Notes under the pieces: model-generated | What the model was told of the DNA's origin: nothing | Database searches by the model: none | What the model saw: only the letters and a program-made list of their open reading frames with translations | Shown here: positions 27,813 to 37,478 of the stretch, piece by piece | Position numbering within the stretch: the stretch's first letter is position 1 | Layout of the letters: each line of letters begins with the position of its first letter | Made by a program: the position numbers and the translations under genes | Source: an uncultured Gammaproteobacteria bacterium | Lineage (GTDB): Bacteria; Patescibacteriota; Patescibacteriia; Patescibacteriales; Patescibacteriaceae | Length of the DNA: 64,000 bases | Direction of reading: 5' to 3' | NCBI GenBank assembly: GCA_964593745.1 | Contig: CAZQHN010000002.1 | Coordinates: 66,283-130,282 of the forward strand

Positions 27813-30074
27813 ATGAATAAAGAACAGGTGTTTACCCAAGAGTGGCAAGGACGCACTCTAACTATTAAAACTGGTCGCTTGGCGCGCCAAGCTGATGCCG
27901 CGGTTATTGTCCAATATGGCGAAACCGTGGTTTTGGGTACGGTCGTCGAAGCTAAAGCAGAGCGCGAAGGCACGGATTTTTTCCCGCTCATGGTTGAATT
28001 TGAAGAAAGATTTTATGCCGCTGGTATTATTAAGGGTTCGCGTTGGATTAAGCGCGAAGGTCGTCCAACTGATGAAGCGGTTTTAACTGGCCGTATGATT
28101 GATCGCTCAATTAGGCCCTTATTTGATCAGGCGTCACGTCGCGATGTACAAGTGGTGTTGACGGTTTTATCAGTTGACCAAGAAAATGATTATGACACTA
28201 TTGCCTTAGTCGCGGCTTCAGCGGCTCTAGCTATTTCTGGTGTTAAATGGCAAGGACCAATTGGTGGTATTAGAGTCGGCCGAGTTAATGGTCAATTAAT
28301 TTTTAATCCAACTTATAAAGAAAGATTAGAAAGTGATTTAGATTTAATGGTGGCCGCCACCAAAGAGCGCGTCATTATGATTGAAGCTGGCGCTGATGAA
28401 GTGACTGAAGAAGATATGTTAGAAGCTATTTTAGCTGGTCAGAAAGCCTTAGAACCAGCTATTAAATTAATTGATAAAATGGTGGTTGATCTAAAGGTTG
28501 TAGAGCATGAAAGAAAAATAAGAAAAGTTGAAGAAACAATTGATGAAGCCAAAGAAGCAGTCTTAAAAGATTCTAAAGCTTGGCTAGAAGATAGTGTTAA
28601 GCATATTTTATTTGATAAGGTTTATTATACTAAGGGTGAACGCAAAGCCGCTGTGACAGCTATTAAAGAAAAGCTTGAAGATTTTTTGATTGAAAAAGGT
28701 TATGACAAAGATTATCGCTATTTTGCGATTAAAGAATTAGTAGAGACGGAAGTTGAGGCTGAGGTGTCGCGCGCTATTTTAGAAGACAAGCGCCGCGTTG
28801 ATGGTCGGGCTTTAAATGAAATTCGGCCTTTAGAAGCTGATGTTAATATTTTACCAAGAAACCATGGAGCTAGTTTATTTTCTCGCGGTGAAACCCAGGT
28901 TATGTCAATTGTTACTTTAGGAGCACCAGGCGATGAACAATCAATTGAAGGCTTAGAAGGCCAAAGCAAGAAGCGCTTTATGCATCATTATAATTTTCCG
29001 GCTTATTCAGTGGGTGAAGCTAAGTCTAGTCGTGGCCCAGGTCGTCGGGAAATCGGTCATGGTGCTTTAGCTGAAAAAGGTTTAGAGCCTATGATTCCAG
29101 AAAAAGCTGATTTCCCTTATACCATTCGCGTGGTGAGCGAAACTTTATCATCTAATGGTTCTTCATCCATGGCTTCAACTTGTGCGGCTTCTTTGGCTTT
29201 ATTTGATGCTGGCGTACCTATTAAAAAGGCCGTAGCAGGAATTGCCATGGGCTTGGCCTCAGTGCCTGATATGAGTTGCTGGGAAGTTTTAACTGATTTA
29301 CAAGATTTAGAAGACGGTGAAGGCGGCATGGATTTTAAAATCACTGGTACTAAAGATGGGATTACGGCCATTCAATTAGACACCAAAACTATTGGTTTGG
29401 ATAAAGCGATTATGGAAAAGACTTTAACTGAAGGTAAAATTGCTCGCTTAAAAATTCTAGAAGTTATGAATCAAGCTTTAGCTGAACCTCGTAAGGAATT
29501 ATCCAAGTATGCTCCACGTATTGTTAGTTTGCAGATTGATCCAGAAAAAATTGGTGAAGTCATTGGGACCGGCGGAAAAGTTATTAATGAAATTATTGAG
29601 GCTTGTGGTGTGTCAATTGATATTGATGATACTGGTTTAGTTATGGTGTGTGGCACAGAAGCCGAAGGTGTTAAAAAGGCAGTGGAATGGGTTAATAACA
29701 TTGTAAGAAAATTTGAAGTGGGTGAAATGTTTACTGGTAAGGTGGTGCGTTTACTTGATTTTGGGGCTTTTGTCGAACTCGTAGCGGGCCGAGATGGCAT
29801 GGTGCATGTTAGTGAAATGGCGCCTTATCGAGTGTCTCGTCCAGCTGACTTTATTAGCGTTGGAGACGTAGTTAATGTTAAAATAAAAGAAATAGATGAG
29901 CAGGGTCGCGTTAATTTAACCATGAGGGGCTTAGCTGAGAATGAATCTTTATGGAAAGATGAAAAGGGTAAACAGGCTGAAGGGGATTTTAATGGTGGTT
30001 TTAGCCGCGGTCCAAGACGAGATTTTAATGGTCCAAGAAAACCATTTGGTAATAAATCAAATTTTAGAAGATAA
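27813..30074 (+). CDS. pnp: Polyribonucleotide nucleotidyltransferase
   Basis: DFFPLMV, RREIGHGALAE, SNGSSSMAS, MDFK, KH and S1 domains. Confidence 0.98.
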   Translation: MNKEQVFTQEWQGRTLTIKTGRLARQADAAVIVQYGETVVLGTVVEAKAEREGTDFFPLMVEFEERFYAAGIIKGSRWIKREGRPTDEAVLTGRMIDRSIRPLFDQASRRDVQVVLTVLSVDQENDYDTIALVAASAALAISGVKWQGPIGGIRVGRVNGQLIFNPTYKERLESDLDLMVAATKERVIMIEAGADEVTEEDMLEAILAGQKALEPAIKLIDKMVVDLKVVEHERKIRKVEETIDEAKEAVLKDSKAWLEDSVKHILFDKVYYTKGERKAAVTAIKEKLEDFLIEKGYDKDYRYFAIKELVETEVEAEVSRAILEDKRRVDGRALNEIRPLEADVNILPRNHGASLFSRGETQVMSIVTLGAPGDEQSIEGLEGQSKKRFMHHYNFPAYSVGEAKSSRGPGRREIGHGALAEKGLEPMIPEKADFPYTIRVVSETLSSNGSSSMASTCAASLALFDAGVPIKKAVAGIAMGLASVPDMSCWEVLTDLQDLEDGEGGMDFKITGTKDGITAIQLDTKTIGLDKAIMEKTLTEGKIARLKILEVMNQALAEPRKELSKYAPRIVSLQIDPEKIGEVIGTGGKVINEIIEACGVSIDIDDTGLVMVCGTEAEGVKKAVEWVNNIVRKFEVGEMFTGKVVRLLDFGAFVELVAGRDGMVHVSEMAPYRVSRPADFISVGDVVNVKIKEIDEQGRVNLTMRGLAENESLWKDEKGKQAEGDFNGGFSRGPRRDFNGPRKPFGNKSNFRR

Positions 30075-30152
30075 ATAATAAGTAGAAAGTTAAAAGTAAA
30101 TAGTAAAATCGTGAAAATAATTTTACTTTCAACTTTTAACTAAAATAAATAT

Positions 30153-31205
30153 ATGTCGCAAGAGCAAGGTTCCATGCGCATTACTCTAACGACTGCCACT
30201 TTGGTAAAAATAATTGTCGTTTTGTTTTGCCTTTATTTTGCCTATTTAATTAGGGATATTTTAGCTATCTTATTTGTTTCAGTTATTTTATCCTCAGCGT
30301 TTGATCCTTGGGTAGATTGGATGCAAAAGAAGGGTTTGCCGCGCGCCCTAGGTATTTCCTTAATTTATATTGCCTTACTATTAATCATCACCTTAACTTT
30401 TTATTTAATGATTCCGCCTATGATTGGTCAATTTAATCAGTTAATGGCTGATCTGCCAATCTACACCGGTCGTTTTAATGAATTTTTGTCTGGTTTAAAA
30501 TCTTATGCCGCGTCTAATAATTGGTTAGATCAGGTTAATAATTCTTTATCAGGGGCTACTAGTAGTTTACAAAATGCGACGAGTGGTTTATTTTCTACGC
30601 TTTATAATATTGTTGGTGGTATTTTTTCTTTGGTAATTATTTTAGTGATTACTTTTTATATGGTAGTGGAACAGGGAGCAATTAAAAAGTTGATTTGGTC
30701 TTTAACACCAGAAAATAAACAAAGTTACGTCATGGATTTATTTAATCGTATGCAGATTAAGATTGGTTTATGGCTAAGAGGTCAGTTAATTTTATGTTTA
30801 GCTATTTTTGCTTTAACTTATGTTGGTTTATTAATGCTAGGGGTTAAATATGCTTTAATTTTAGCTCTAATCGCTGGTTTAACCGAATTTATTCCTTACT
30901 TAGGTCCTTTGTTAGGCGCTGTGCCGGCTGTGTTTATTGCTTTTACACAGTCGCCGGCCTTAGCTTTGTTTGTGATTATTCTTTACATTGTTATTCAACA
31001 GATTGAAAATAATATTTTAGTGCCTAAAATAATGGAAAAAGCCGTAGGCATGAATCCAATAATTAGTATTGCGGTTTTAATCGCTGGTTTTAGTATAGCC
31101 GGTGTCATGGGTGCTTTATTATCTATTCCTGTTGCTACCGCGGCTTTAGTAGTGTTTGATGATTTAATTCATAAAAAAAGAAGTAAAGAAAAAGTGATGG
31201 TCTAG
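30153..31205 (+). CDS. AI-2E family transporter
   Basis: WLRGQ, EFIPYLGP, QQIENNILVPKIM. Confidence 0.93.
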   Translation: MSQEQGSMRITLTTATLVKIIVVLFCLYFAYLIRDILAILFVSVILSSAFDPWVDWMQKKGLPRALGISLIYIALLLIITLTFYLMIPPMIGQFNQLMADLPIYTGRFNEFLSGLKSYAASNNWLDQVNNSLSGATSSLQNATSGLFSTLYNIVGGIFSLVIILVITFYMVVEQGAIKKLIWSLTPENKQSYVMDLFNRMQIKIGLWLRGQLILCLAIFALTYVGLLMLGVKYALILALIAGLTEFIPYLGPLLGAVPAVFIAFTQSPALALFVIILYIVIQQIENNILVPKIMEKAVGMNPIISIAVLIAGFSIAGVMGALLSIPVATAALVVFDDLIHKKRSKEKVMV

Positions 31206-31364
31206 TTAGCAAGGTTTTTAAATATTAAAATAGCGCCCTGATAAAGGCGCTATTTTTTAATTACTTGACATTTTATGATTTTTTCTGTTAATTTAATATA
31301 AATTTAATAAATAGTTATTTAACAATATTTTTAATAAAATTTAATATTAAGGAGGATCTATAAA

Positions 31365-31829
31365 ATGTTAAAGCGAGTAATTTATGTTGTTTTAGCCTGG
31401 CTCTTTGTTATCAGTGGTTGCGGGGACTATATTGAAAGGGAAAATAAATTATTAGAAGAATTAGAAAATAAAGCCTTGGTAACCTATGGTTTTCTCAAAG
31501 AAGATTTTCAAGTTAAGTTAATGCCTAAAACCGACAAAAATAGAAATTTTTTTTGGCAAAATCCTTTGACCAATGAATTTATTGAGTTATCTTTCCCTGT
31601 GTCAAAAATTAAGTTTGTTCCCAGTGATACTGATTTAGTAATAGTTAAGTTTAATTTTTCCGATAGAGCCTTTAAGGATTTAGCTAATGATTGTTTAAGT
31701 CCTAGACTATACCCACAAGTAAGTTATGTGAAAAAAGATATTACCACCGTGTTTAATAACGATGAGCAAGCATTTTTTGATAAATATTTATTATCAGTGA
31801 CCATTAAATGTCATGAAAAATATTGGTAG
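31365..31829 (+). CDS. Putative lipoprotein
   Basis: Lipobox-like ISG|C after a hydrophobic stretch; AAGGAGG upstream. Confidence 0.75.
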   Translation: MLKRVIYVVLAWLFVISGCGDYIERENKLLEELENKALVTYGFLKEDFQVKLMPKTDKNRNFFWQNPLTNEFIELSFPVSKIKFVPSDTDLVIVKFNFSDRAFKDLANDCLSPRLYPQVSYVKKDITTVFNNDEQAFFDKYLLSVTIKCHEKYW

Positions 31830-31882
31830 TTTTTAAAAGCCGTAAGTTTAACTAAACTTACGGCTTTATTGTAAAGTAGTAA

Positions 31883-32140
31883 TTAATTTTCTGCTATATC
31901 CATTAAAGTTAGTAATTGTTTGATGGTTTTAAAATTTTCATGTTCTTTCTGTATTAAAATTTGTAGCTCTTTGATAAGTTTTGTTTTGTTAACTTCTGTA
32001 AGGTCGTCTTTATCAAGCTGGTTTGATATTTCTGAGCAACGCATAGTAATTTGTTCTCTTTCTTCTATAGATTTAGTAAGAGCCTGTTTTATTGTTTCTT
32101 GGTTAGTTTCATTATTCGGCAAATTTATTTTTTCCATCAT
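31883..32140 (-). CDS. Small hypothetical helical protein
   Basis: 85 aa, starts 4 nt after the pth stop. Confidence 0.65.
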   Translation of the reverse strand: MMEKINLPNNETNQETIKQALTKSIEEREQITMRCSEISNQLDKDDLTEVNKTKLIKELQILIQKEHENFKTIKQLLTLMDIAEN

Positions 32141-32144
32141 ACAA

Positions 32145-32690
32145 TTAATTTAAGCCTTTTATTAAATCAGGTAATATTTTTTTAAATAAATTTTTTTCCT
32201 CATCAGAAAATTTTTGTAAAACAAAATTTTCGGCTGGAATTTTGTTTCTTAGTTGAGAGCTAATACCAATGCGTAAACGTTTAAAGTTTTGCGTTTTTAA
32301 ATAATCAATAATTGATTGAACGCCATTATGCCCGGCGCTAGAACTGTTAACTGATAATTTATATTTGCCAAGTGGTAGATCTAATTCATCATGGATAACA
32401 ATTAAATTATCACTTAAGTCACTATTTTTTTTAAGACCAAAAATAGTGCGCGGTAAAAGTTTGTAATAGTTTAAAATCTTCATCACAGCTTCGCCTGATT
32501 TATTCATGTAGGTTTGCGGTTTTACTAAAATAAAATTAGCTCCTTCAGCCATAAGAGCTTTAAATTTTTTACTTTCTTGCCAAGTTAAATTATTTTTTAA
32601 AGCCAAAGTATCAACTACTACAAAGCCGATATTGTGACGAGTTTTATTATATTTTTCGCCTGGGTTACCAAGGCCGACGATTATGGTCAT
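32145..32690 (-). CDS. pth: Peptidyl-tRNA hydrolase
   Basis: IVGLGNPG, TRHNIGF, KPQTYMN, HDELDL, GHNG. Confidence 0.97.
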   Translation of the reverse strand: MTIIVGLGNPGEKYNKTRHNIGFVVVDTLALKNNLTWQESKKFKALMAEGANFILVKPQTYMNKSGEAVMKILNYYKLLPRTIFGLKKNSDLSDNLIVIHDELDLPLGKYKLSVNSSSAGHNGVQSIIDYLKTQNFKRLRIGISSQLRNKIPAENFVLQKFSDEEKNLFKKILPDLIKGLN

Positions 32691-32739
32691 AAGTTAAGTA
32701 TAGGAGAAAAAAGATTAAAAAACAAAAACAAAATTTAAT

Positions 32740-32822
32740 TGTCATACCCCGACTTGTTCGGGGTATCCAGCCCATGAATCATTAACCACGGGCTGGATTC
32801 CCTGCCTACGCAGGGAATGACA
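32740..32822. repeat. TGTCAT...ATGACA two-arm palindromic element
   Basis: GTCATACCCCGACTTGTTCGGGGTATCCAGCCC...GGGCTGGATTCCCTGCCTACGCAGGGAATGAC. Confidence 0.8.
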
Positions 32823-32909
32823 CAAAAATGATAATGTTTTGATTTTTGTTTTTAAGAGTCATGTAGTCCATGCCTAAAATAGTTATTAAGCTATTATTAC
32901 TATAACATA

Positions 32910-33073
32910 TTTATCTTTAAATATCCGTTGACAAAATTTTAGCGAGCTGATCAAAGAACTCATATTCTAGAGGAGAGAGATTTTGCTCCCTTTCCTTGGT
33001 ATACAAGTCAGGGAGCTTAGAATAAAGCTCTCTGGCCTGATCGATTATTTTGTCAACGGGTATTTAAGGATAA
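32910..33073 (+). ncRNA. Candidate structured RNA or MITE
   Basis: 27-bp closing stem and two inner hairpins; mismatches are G-U on the plus strand. Confidence 0.5.
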
Positions 33074-33125
33074 GTAAATTTAGTAGATAGGGAGGTTTTT
33101 AATAGGTTAACCTCCCGAAAACCTT

Positions 33126-33728
33126 TTAGAAAATTTCACTGACGCAACGCTCATCCCAGGTAAAGCCACCCAAGATTTTTTCGCCGTCCCATTTATAATA
33201 ATGGGATGACGGCGAACCATAGAGGCGGCCGCTATAAGACGTGCGAAAAATAACGTCTTTGGGTATTATAGCAACCAATTGGTCGCCACTACCCATTCTT
33301 CCAGCCGTGCCTTGGGCAATTGTTCCGGAGGCAATAATTTCTCCGGGGAAATCTGAAAATATTATATCTCCATTTTCATTTTTTCCAGAGCGATCGCCGG
33401 TATGAGAGTTGCCGCCGCGGAAACCAATTTTTGTTAAAAAAACAACAACAATTTTTTCAGTTTCATCAGTTGTCTCTTTAGCAATTAGTTTTGATTTGCC
33501 AGCTTTGGTTGTGGTAAGATCGGCAAAATTAATTTTTACTATGCCTTTTCCCTGCCACTCTTTATACTGACCATTGCTCAGCTGTACAGGTAGTACTCCG
33601 CGTTGCCGGCCGCGACCGTCTTCCCCGATAATAATTGCCGGAATTTCAATGCCGGCATTTTTAAGAGAAAGTTTTTCAACGCTTGCGCCGTCTGAAACTG
33701 TACCGTTTTCAATTGTGAATATTTTCAT
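33126..33728 (-). CDS. Hypothetical Gly-rich protein
   Basis: 200 aa; AAAGGAGG upstream; followed by hairpin 33090-33116. Confidence 0.8.
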   Translation of the reverse strand: MKIFTIENGTVSDGASVEKLSLKNAGIEIPAIIIGEDGRGRQRGVLPVQLSNGQYKEWQGKGIVKINFADLTTTKAGKSKLIAKETTDETEKIVVVFLTKIGFRGGNSHTGDRSGKNENGDIIFSDFPGEIIASGTIAQGTAGRMGSGDQLVAIIPKDVIFRTSYSGRLYGSPSSHYYKWDGEKILGGFTWDERCVSEIF

Positions 33729-33833
33729 TTTTTTCAGGCCTCCTTTGCCTGTTTTATTTTTTATTTTGAAATAATGCTTTCCGAGACTATTGCTAGCTTA
33801 ATAATCTCTTTAGCATTACTTCAAAATAGGAGT

Positions 33834-33922
33834 TTCTGCTTTCGTCCTATGCCTCGCTAAAGCCACGTAGAACGTGGCGGAGGCGGGACTCATCAGTCCG
33901 GTTGCATAACCAGAGAGCAGAA
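33834..33922 (-). ncRNA. Hammerhead ribozyme (type III)
   Basis: TTCTGC-TC^-TCTGGTT(ATGC)AACCGGA-CTGATGA-GTCC...GGAC-GAAA-GCAGAA; complete catalytic core and three stems. Confidence 0.9.
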
Positions 33923-34333
33923 GGAGAAAGAAAAACCAATTCTTTCTCCGATAACCCTACTCAACCAATCCAGACTATGAATTGGTTTTTGCATGCGGCA
34001 GTGTTTTTATTCTCTGCCTAAGAATTTTTGCCGGTATTTTTATATAAGAATCATGCTGCCTTATAAAAAATTTGGATTTTGTTTTGGCAGATCCTAACCG
34101 GTCGAATAATCTGCCTAGCTATAAGGTTGCAACCCTCTTCGGACTCGGTCCAAAGAAACCGCCCCTACCTTATCACTAAATCCGCGTAGTAATAGGGGAT
34201 GGCTCATGGTTTTTGTTTTGGCTTACAGTTGTTATCCGCGGAGATAACAAGATAAGCCTTGATCGTTTTACCGGTTTCTCCTTTCTTTAGTTTTTTTAAT
34301 TGTAATTTTATTGGCCCGGTAAACCATATAAAA

Positions 34334-35710
34334 TTAGAGCTTTTCAATACCCACCCCACCAGTGGCTTTAGCAAGCTCAGCTAAAGCATGGTTAGAGCAC
34401 TCAACTACAAAGGCATGCAGTTTAGTACCTGCAAAATCCTTGGTGGTTAAATTGATAGTATCATCGCCGTCAGTTATAACGACGAGTTCCGGGCGGTAGG
34501 TTGACCCGGCTGACACTATTTCTTCGATTCTTTTCTGCGCTTCTCTAGCACACGCAGAAATATCTGTTGATCCGCCCGAGTAATTTTTCTCGGTAAAATT
34601 ACGGATCAACTCTTTGGCTTCAGAAGGAGTGGACGCGTGATGCTCCTTCTTAAGCTTTGAATCGAAGAGGCGGACATACAATTCCGCCTCGCCAGCAATT
34701 ACCGCTTTTAAGCGGTTCATGAGGATCCCGCCGGCTTTAAAGATCCTCTTCCCTTCCCCCATCGAGCCGCTGCAGTCAATGATGACATACAGCAGTTGTT
34801 TCCTTTCGATGGTTGTCACTCGTTCCCGGACCGGAATTTTTCCGGAAACGGCCAGATAGTCAAAATAAATCTTTGACTGCTGGCGTATACCCCAATAAGA
34901 TTTTTCAATCCTATTGAGTTCACCCAAGTGACGGATTGGGCGTTTGCGGATTTCGTCCCCAGCAGGATCCGCTTCCTGCTTTTTGCTCTTGCGCACTTGC
35001 ATGCGCGTAAGCTGGTCAAGGTTGCGGGAAATCTGTAACATAATTTCCTTCCCGCCTAACATATCCTCGGCTAGGGACATTTTTTGCAGACCGTCGTCTG
35101 CATCTGATTCTCCTGAACCAGCGTCCTGGTCAGGATTTTTCGGGTCCAGGAGATCTTTTTCATCCTGGGATAAGGAGTCAACCTCATCCATTAGATGATT
35201 TAGATCCTCTCCAATTTTTTCCGAGTTGTCATTCTCGGTAAAAATCGGGAGAGGTTCCTTGCCCTCTCCTCCGCCGCTTCCTCCGCTCTTTTTTGAGAGT
35301 AGCTTAAGCAAGTTCATAGCTTGCTCAAGCGGCGATTGTCCTGGAAATTTATCCAGTTCAATCGTCTGGAGAAAATCGCAGACGTTTTGGTGATAGTTCA
35401 TCGCTACCTCCACGCCGTCTGCTACGGCGGTGCTCCGAGACTTGGTGTACTCGCGACCATTGTCCCGGAGTCTTTTTAGCTTCCATTCTCCGTCTGAATC
35501 CGAGGCTGGAAGCTGGGCCTCGATTTTTTCTTGAATCACCCCGCGATAGCTGGACGGGGGAGCGATATCTCCTCCAGCCGCGAGGTTACACAAGTCGGCC
35601 ACCAAATCCCGACTAAAGGACTTGAGGCCAACTTTATTGGCAGCCTCTCGCATTTCCTCCTGGTTAGGAGGAATATAAATTGCGGGAGCTTTGGTACGGA
35701 AAGTATACAT
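34334..35710 (-). CDS. vWA-domain protein (partner of MoxR/RavA-like ATPase)
   Basis: MIDAS IIDCSGSM, GGSTDI, VVITDGDD; GAAAGGAGG upstream. Confidence 0.9.
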   Translation of the reverse strand: MYTFRTKAPAIYIPPNQEEMREAANKVGLKSFSRDLVADLCNLAAGGDIAPPSSYRGVIQEKIEAQLPASDSDGEWKLKRLRDNGREYTKSRSTAVADGVEVAMNYHQNVCDFLQTIELDKFPGQSPLEQAMNLLKLLSKKSGGSGGGEGKEPLPIFTENDNSEKIGEDLNHLMDEVDSLSQDEKDLLDPKNPDQDAGSGESDADDGLQKMSLAEDMLGGKEIMLQISRNLDQLTRMQVRKSKKQEADPAGDEIRKRPIRHLGELNRIEKSYWGIRQQSKIYFDYLAVSGKIPVRERVTTIERKQLLYVIIDCSGSMGEGKRIFKAGGILMNRLKAVIAGEAELYVRLFDSKLKKEHHASTPSEAKELIRNFTEKNYSGGSTDISACAREAQKRIEEIVSAGSTYRPELVVITDGDDTINLTTKDFAGTKLHAFVVECSNHALAELAKATGGVGIEKL

Positions 35711-35746
35711 ACTTTCCTCCTTTCTCTCCCGCGGCCAATGCGGGAA

Positions 35747-36871
35747 TTATATTTTAATTAATTCTAAAGCCTTGGCCTGGGCTTCGGAACTTTTTTGACT
35801 AATTGTGTCTCGGATTTTTTTACGACGCTCAGAGAGAGCGTCGGTAGCCTTTAGCGATGAAGCTTCATCACTTAACGCCACTAATTTTTTTGCCACTTGC
35901 ATTGCCTTAATTGGAGAAGTGGCACTCTCCAACTCATTGAGAATATTCTGAAACTTATTCTCAACGATGGAAAGATTATTCTCCGCCGCAGCTCTTTCCA
36001 TGGCTGCTTGAAGGTCCTTTTCAATTGTTTCTGCAAGACCTTCCAAACCTGGTAAGAACTTTAGATCTACCAGGTCGCCCTGATCAACATGATCAGAGCC
36101 GCGGAGCGCCGCTGAAGACTGGCACACCTGGTATGCGTGGACTGCTGTTCTCGGCGACACGAAGTTGCCTTCCGCTGTAGCTTTGGCCAAGACTTCGGCC
36201 AAAACTGCCTTGAATCCGTTAAGAATCGGACCCCAAAGGCGAGGGGCGACTTTTTCAAAAAGTTGTAGATAACTTTTTGAAGAGTAGTCTTTCCACTGCA
36301 GGTTTAACTGCAGTGGAAACCGCTCAATCAAAGCATGGGCGGCAGGCCCGAGCTCTGAAATTTCGGACGGCTGCTTGTTAGTCAAGCAGATGATTATCTC
36401 CGTCCTCATTGCGAAACGCTGAGCGCCGTTTCGCAATTCCCGCGATGTTAGCACATCTTTCAGTGCCAACAAGACGCTCGCAGGAGCGTCAAAAAGTTCC
36501 TCAAACACTGCTACCCGTGAATTGAGGAAACTTTTTTCGGGGTAGTACTCAAGGATTTTTTGATCCTCGAGTTTTTTAAAGTTCAGGCCCCCGAAAAGCC
36601 TGGACTCATCCATACCCTCGCCAAAAAATTGGCAGAAGGTTTCGGCTTCTAAGCCGAGGCCCTGGATGGTGGTCTGAATCATTTCAGACTTGGCATGGCC
36701 GCCAGGTCCGAAAATGATTATATTTTTCCCGGCGTTGAAGCCTAACTCCAACAACCGAGAAACCTCGTCAACAAAAATAAATTTGTCTTCGAGAATCTTT
36801 TTTATATTTTTATTCAATTTTTTTGCCCGTATAACGCCACGGTGCCGGGCTTTTGAGTTTGAGCGCTTCAC
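35747..36871 (-). CDS. MoxR/RavA-like AAA+ ATPase (start may be TTG 36817)
   Basis: Walker A GPGGHAKS, Walker B VAVFEELFDA, sensor CLTN, ALIERF, VSPRT. Confidence 0.88.
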   Translation of the reverse strand: MKRSNSKARHRGVIRAKKLNKNIKKILEDKFIFVDEVSRLLELGFNAGKNIIIFGPGGHAKSEMIQTTIQGLGLEAETFCQFFGEGMDESRLFGGLNFKKLEDQKILEYYPEKSFLNSRVAVFEELFDAPASVLLALKDVLTSRELRNGAQRFAMRTEIIICLTNKQPSEISELGPAAHALIERFPLQLNLQWKDYSSKSYLQLFEKVAPRLWGPILNGFKAVLAEVLAKATAEGNFVSPRTAVHAYQVCQSSAALRGSDHVDQGDLVDLKFLPGLEGLAETIEKDLQAAMERAAAENNLSIVENKFQNILNELESATSPIKAMQVAKKLVALSDEASSLKATDALSERRKKIRDTISQKSSEAQAKALELIKI

Positions 36872-37004
36872 CCATTCTTCATTAAGGGAATAGATGAACC
36901 TAGCACTCCTCGCCGTCTTATTGGTGGCGAATAACCCAGGATTCAGTCGTTCCTATCAACGACTGTCCTGAAAAAATTTTCAGAAGTCGGATAGGCGACT
37001 TATT

Positions 37005-37478
37005 TTACCAGGGACATACCGAAGTTTCAGTCCCTGGAATTATTTCTTCCTTTCCCCACACTAAAGCATGTGAGGTCCAGAACTTGCGACTCTTCGGCGT
37101 CGCGTTTTTATCCCAGAGCTCTGGCTCTGGTTTACCGCCGATAAAAGCGGTAACCAGAACATATGTCCCGGGTTGTTCGTCCGCCGTCTTTAGAATAACG
37201 ACAACGGTTGAACAAGGTTCGGCTTGACGGTTCTTTACAAACCGGCTCAGCCCGAACCTTTTGGGCCTTTGAGCAAAAACAATTTGATCGCCTAGCCCTG
37301 TGGCGACGCAGATTGTTTCCCCGATGATTCGGTCAAGATCGACCTCCTCAACGAGGAACTTTCTCCCCTTGCTTTCAATTTTTCCTAATGCCTCGGGGAG
37401 AATGTCGAGGACACTAGAATGAAGATGGCTGTTGTAGCGATCTACAACAGCCTCTCCACTTTTTATTTTATAATTCAT
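37005..37478 (-). CDS. Hypothetical protein
   Basis: 157 aa; AGGAGG upstream; RPKRFGLSRFV, YVLVTAFIG, FWTSHALVW. Confidence 0.8.
   Translation of the reverse strand: MNYKIKSGEAVVDRYNSHLHSSVLDILPEALGKIESKGRKFLVEEVDLDRIIGETICVATGLGDQIVFAQRPKRFGLSRFVKNRQAEPCSTVVVILKTADEQPGTYVLVTAFIGGKPEPELWDKNATPKSRKFWTSHALVWGKEEIIPGTETSVCPW

Noticed and set aside
27770..29800. Short ORFs within pnp (likewise in pilB, der, ftsH, rny, ruvB, AAA/vWA)
   Set aside because: Antisense or alternate-frame shadows of conserved genes
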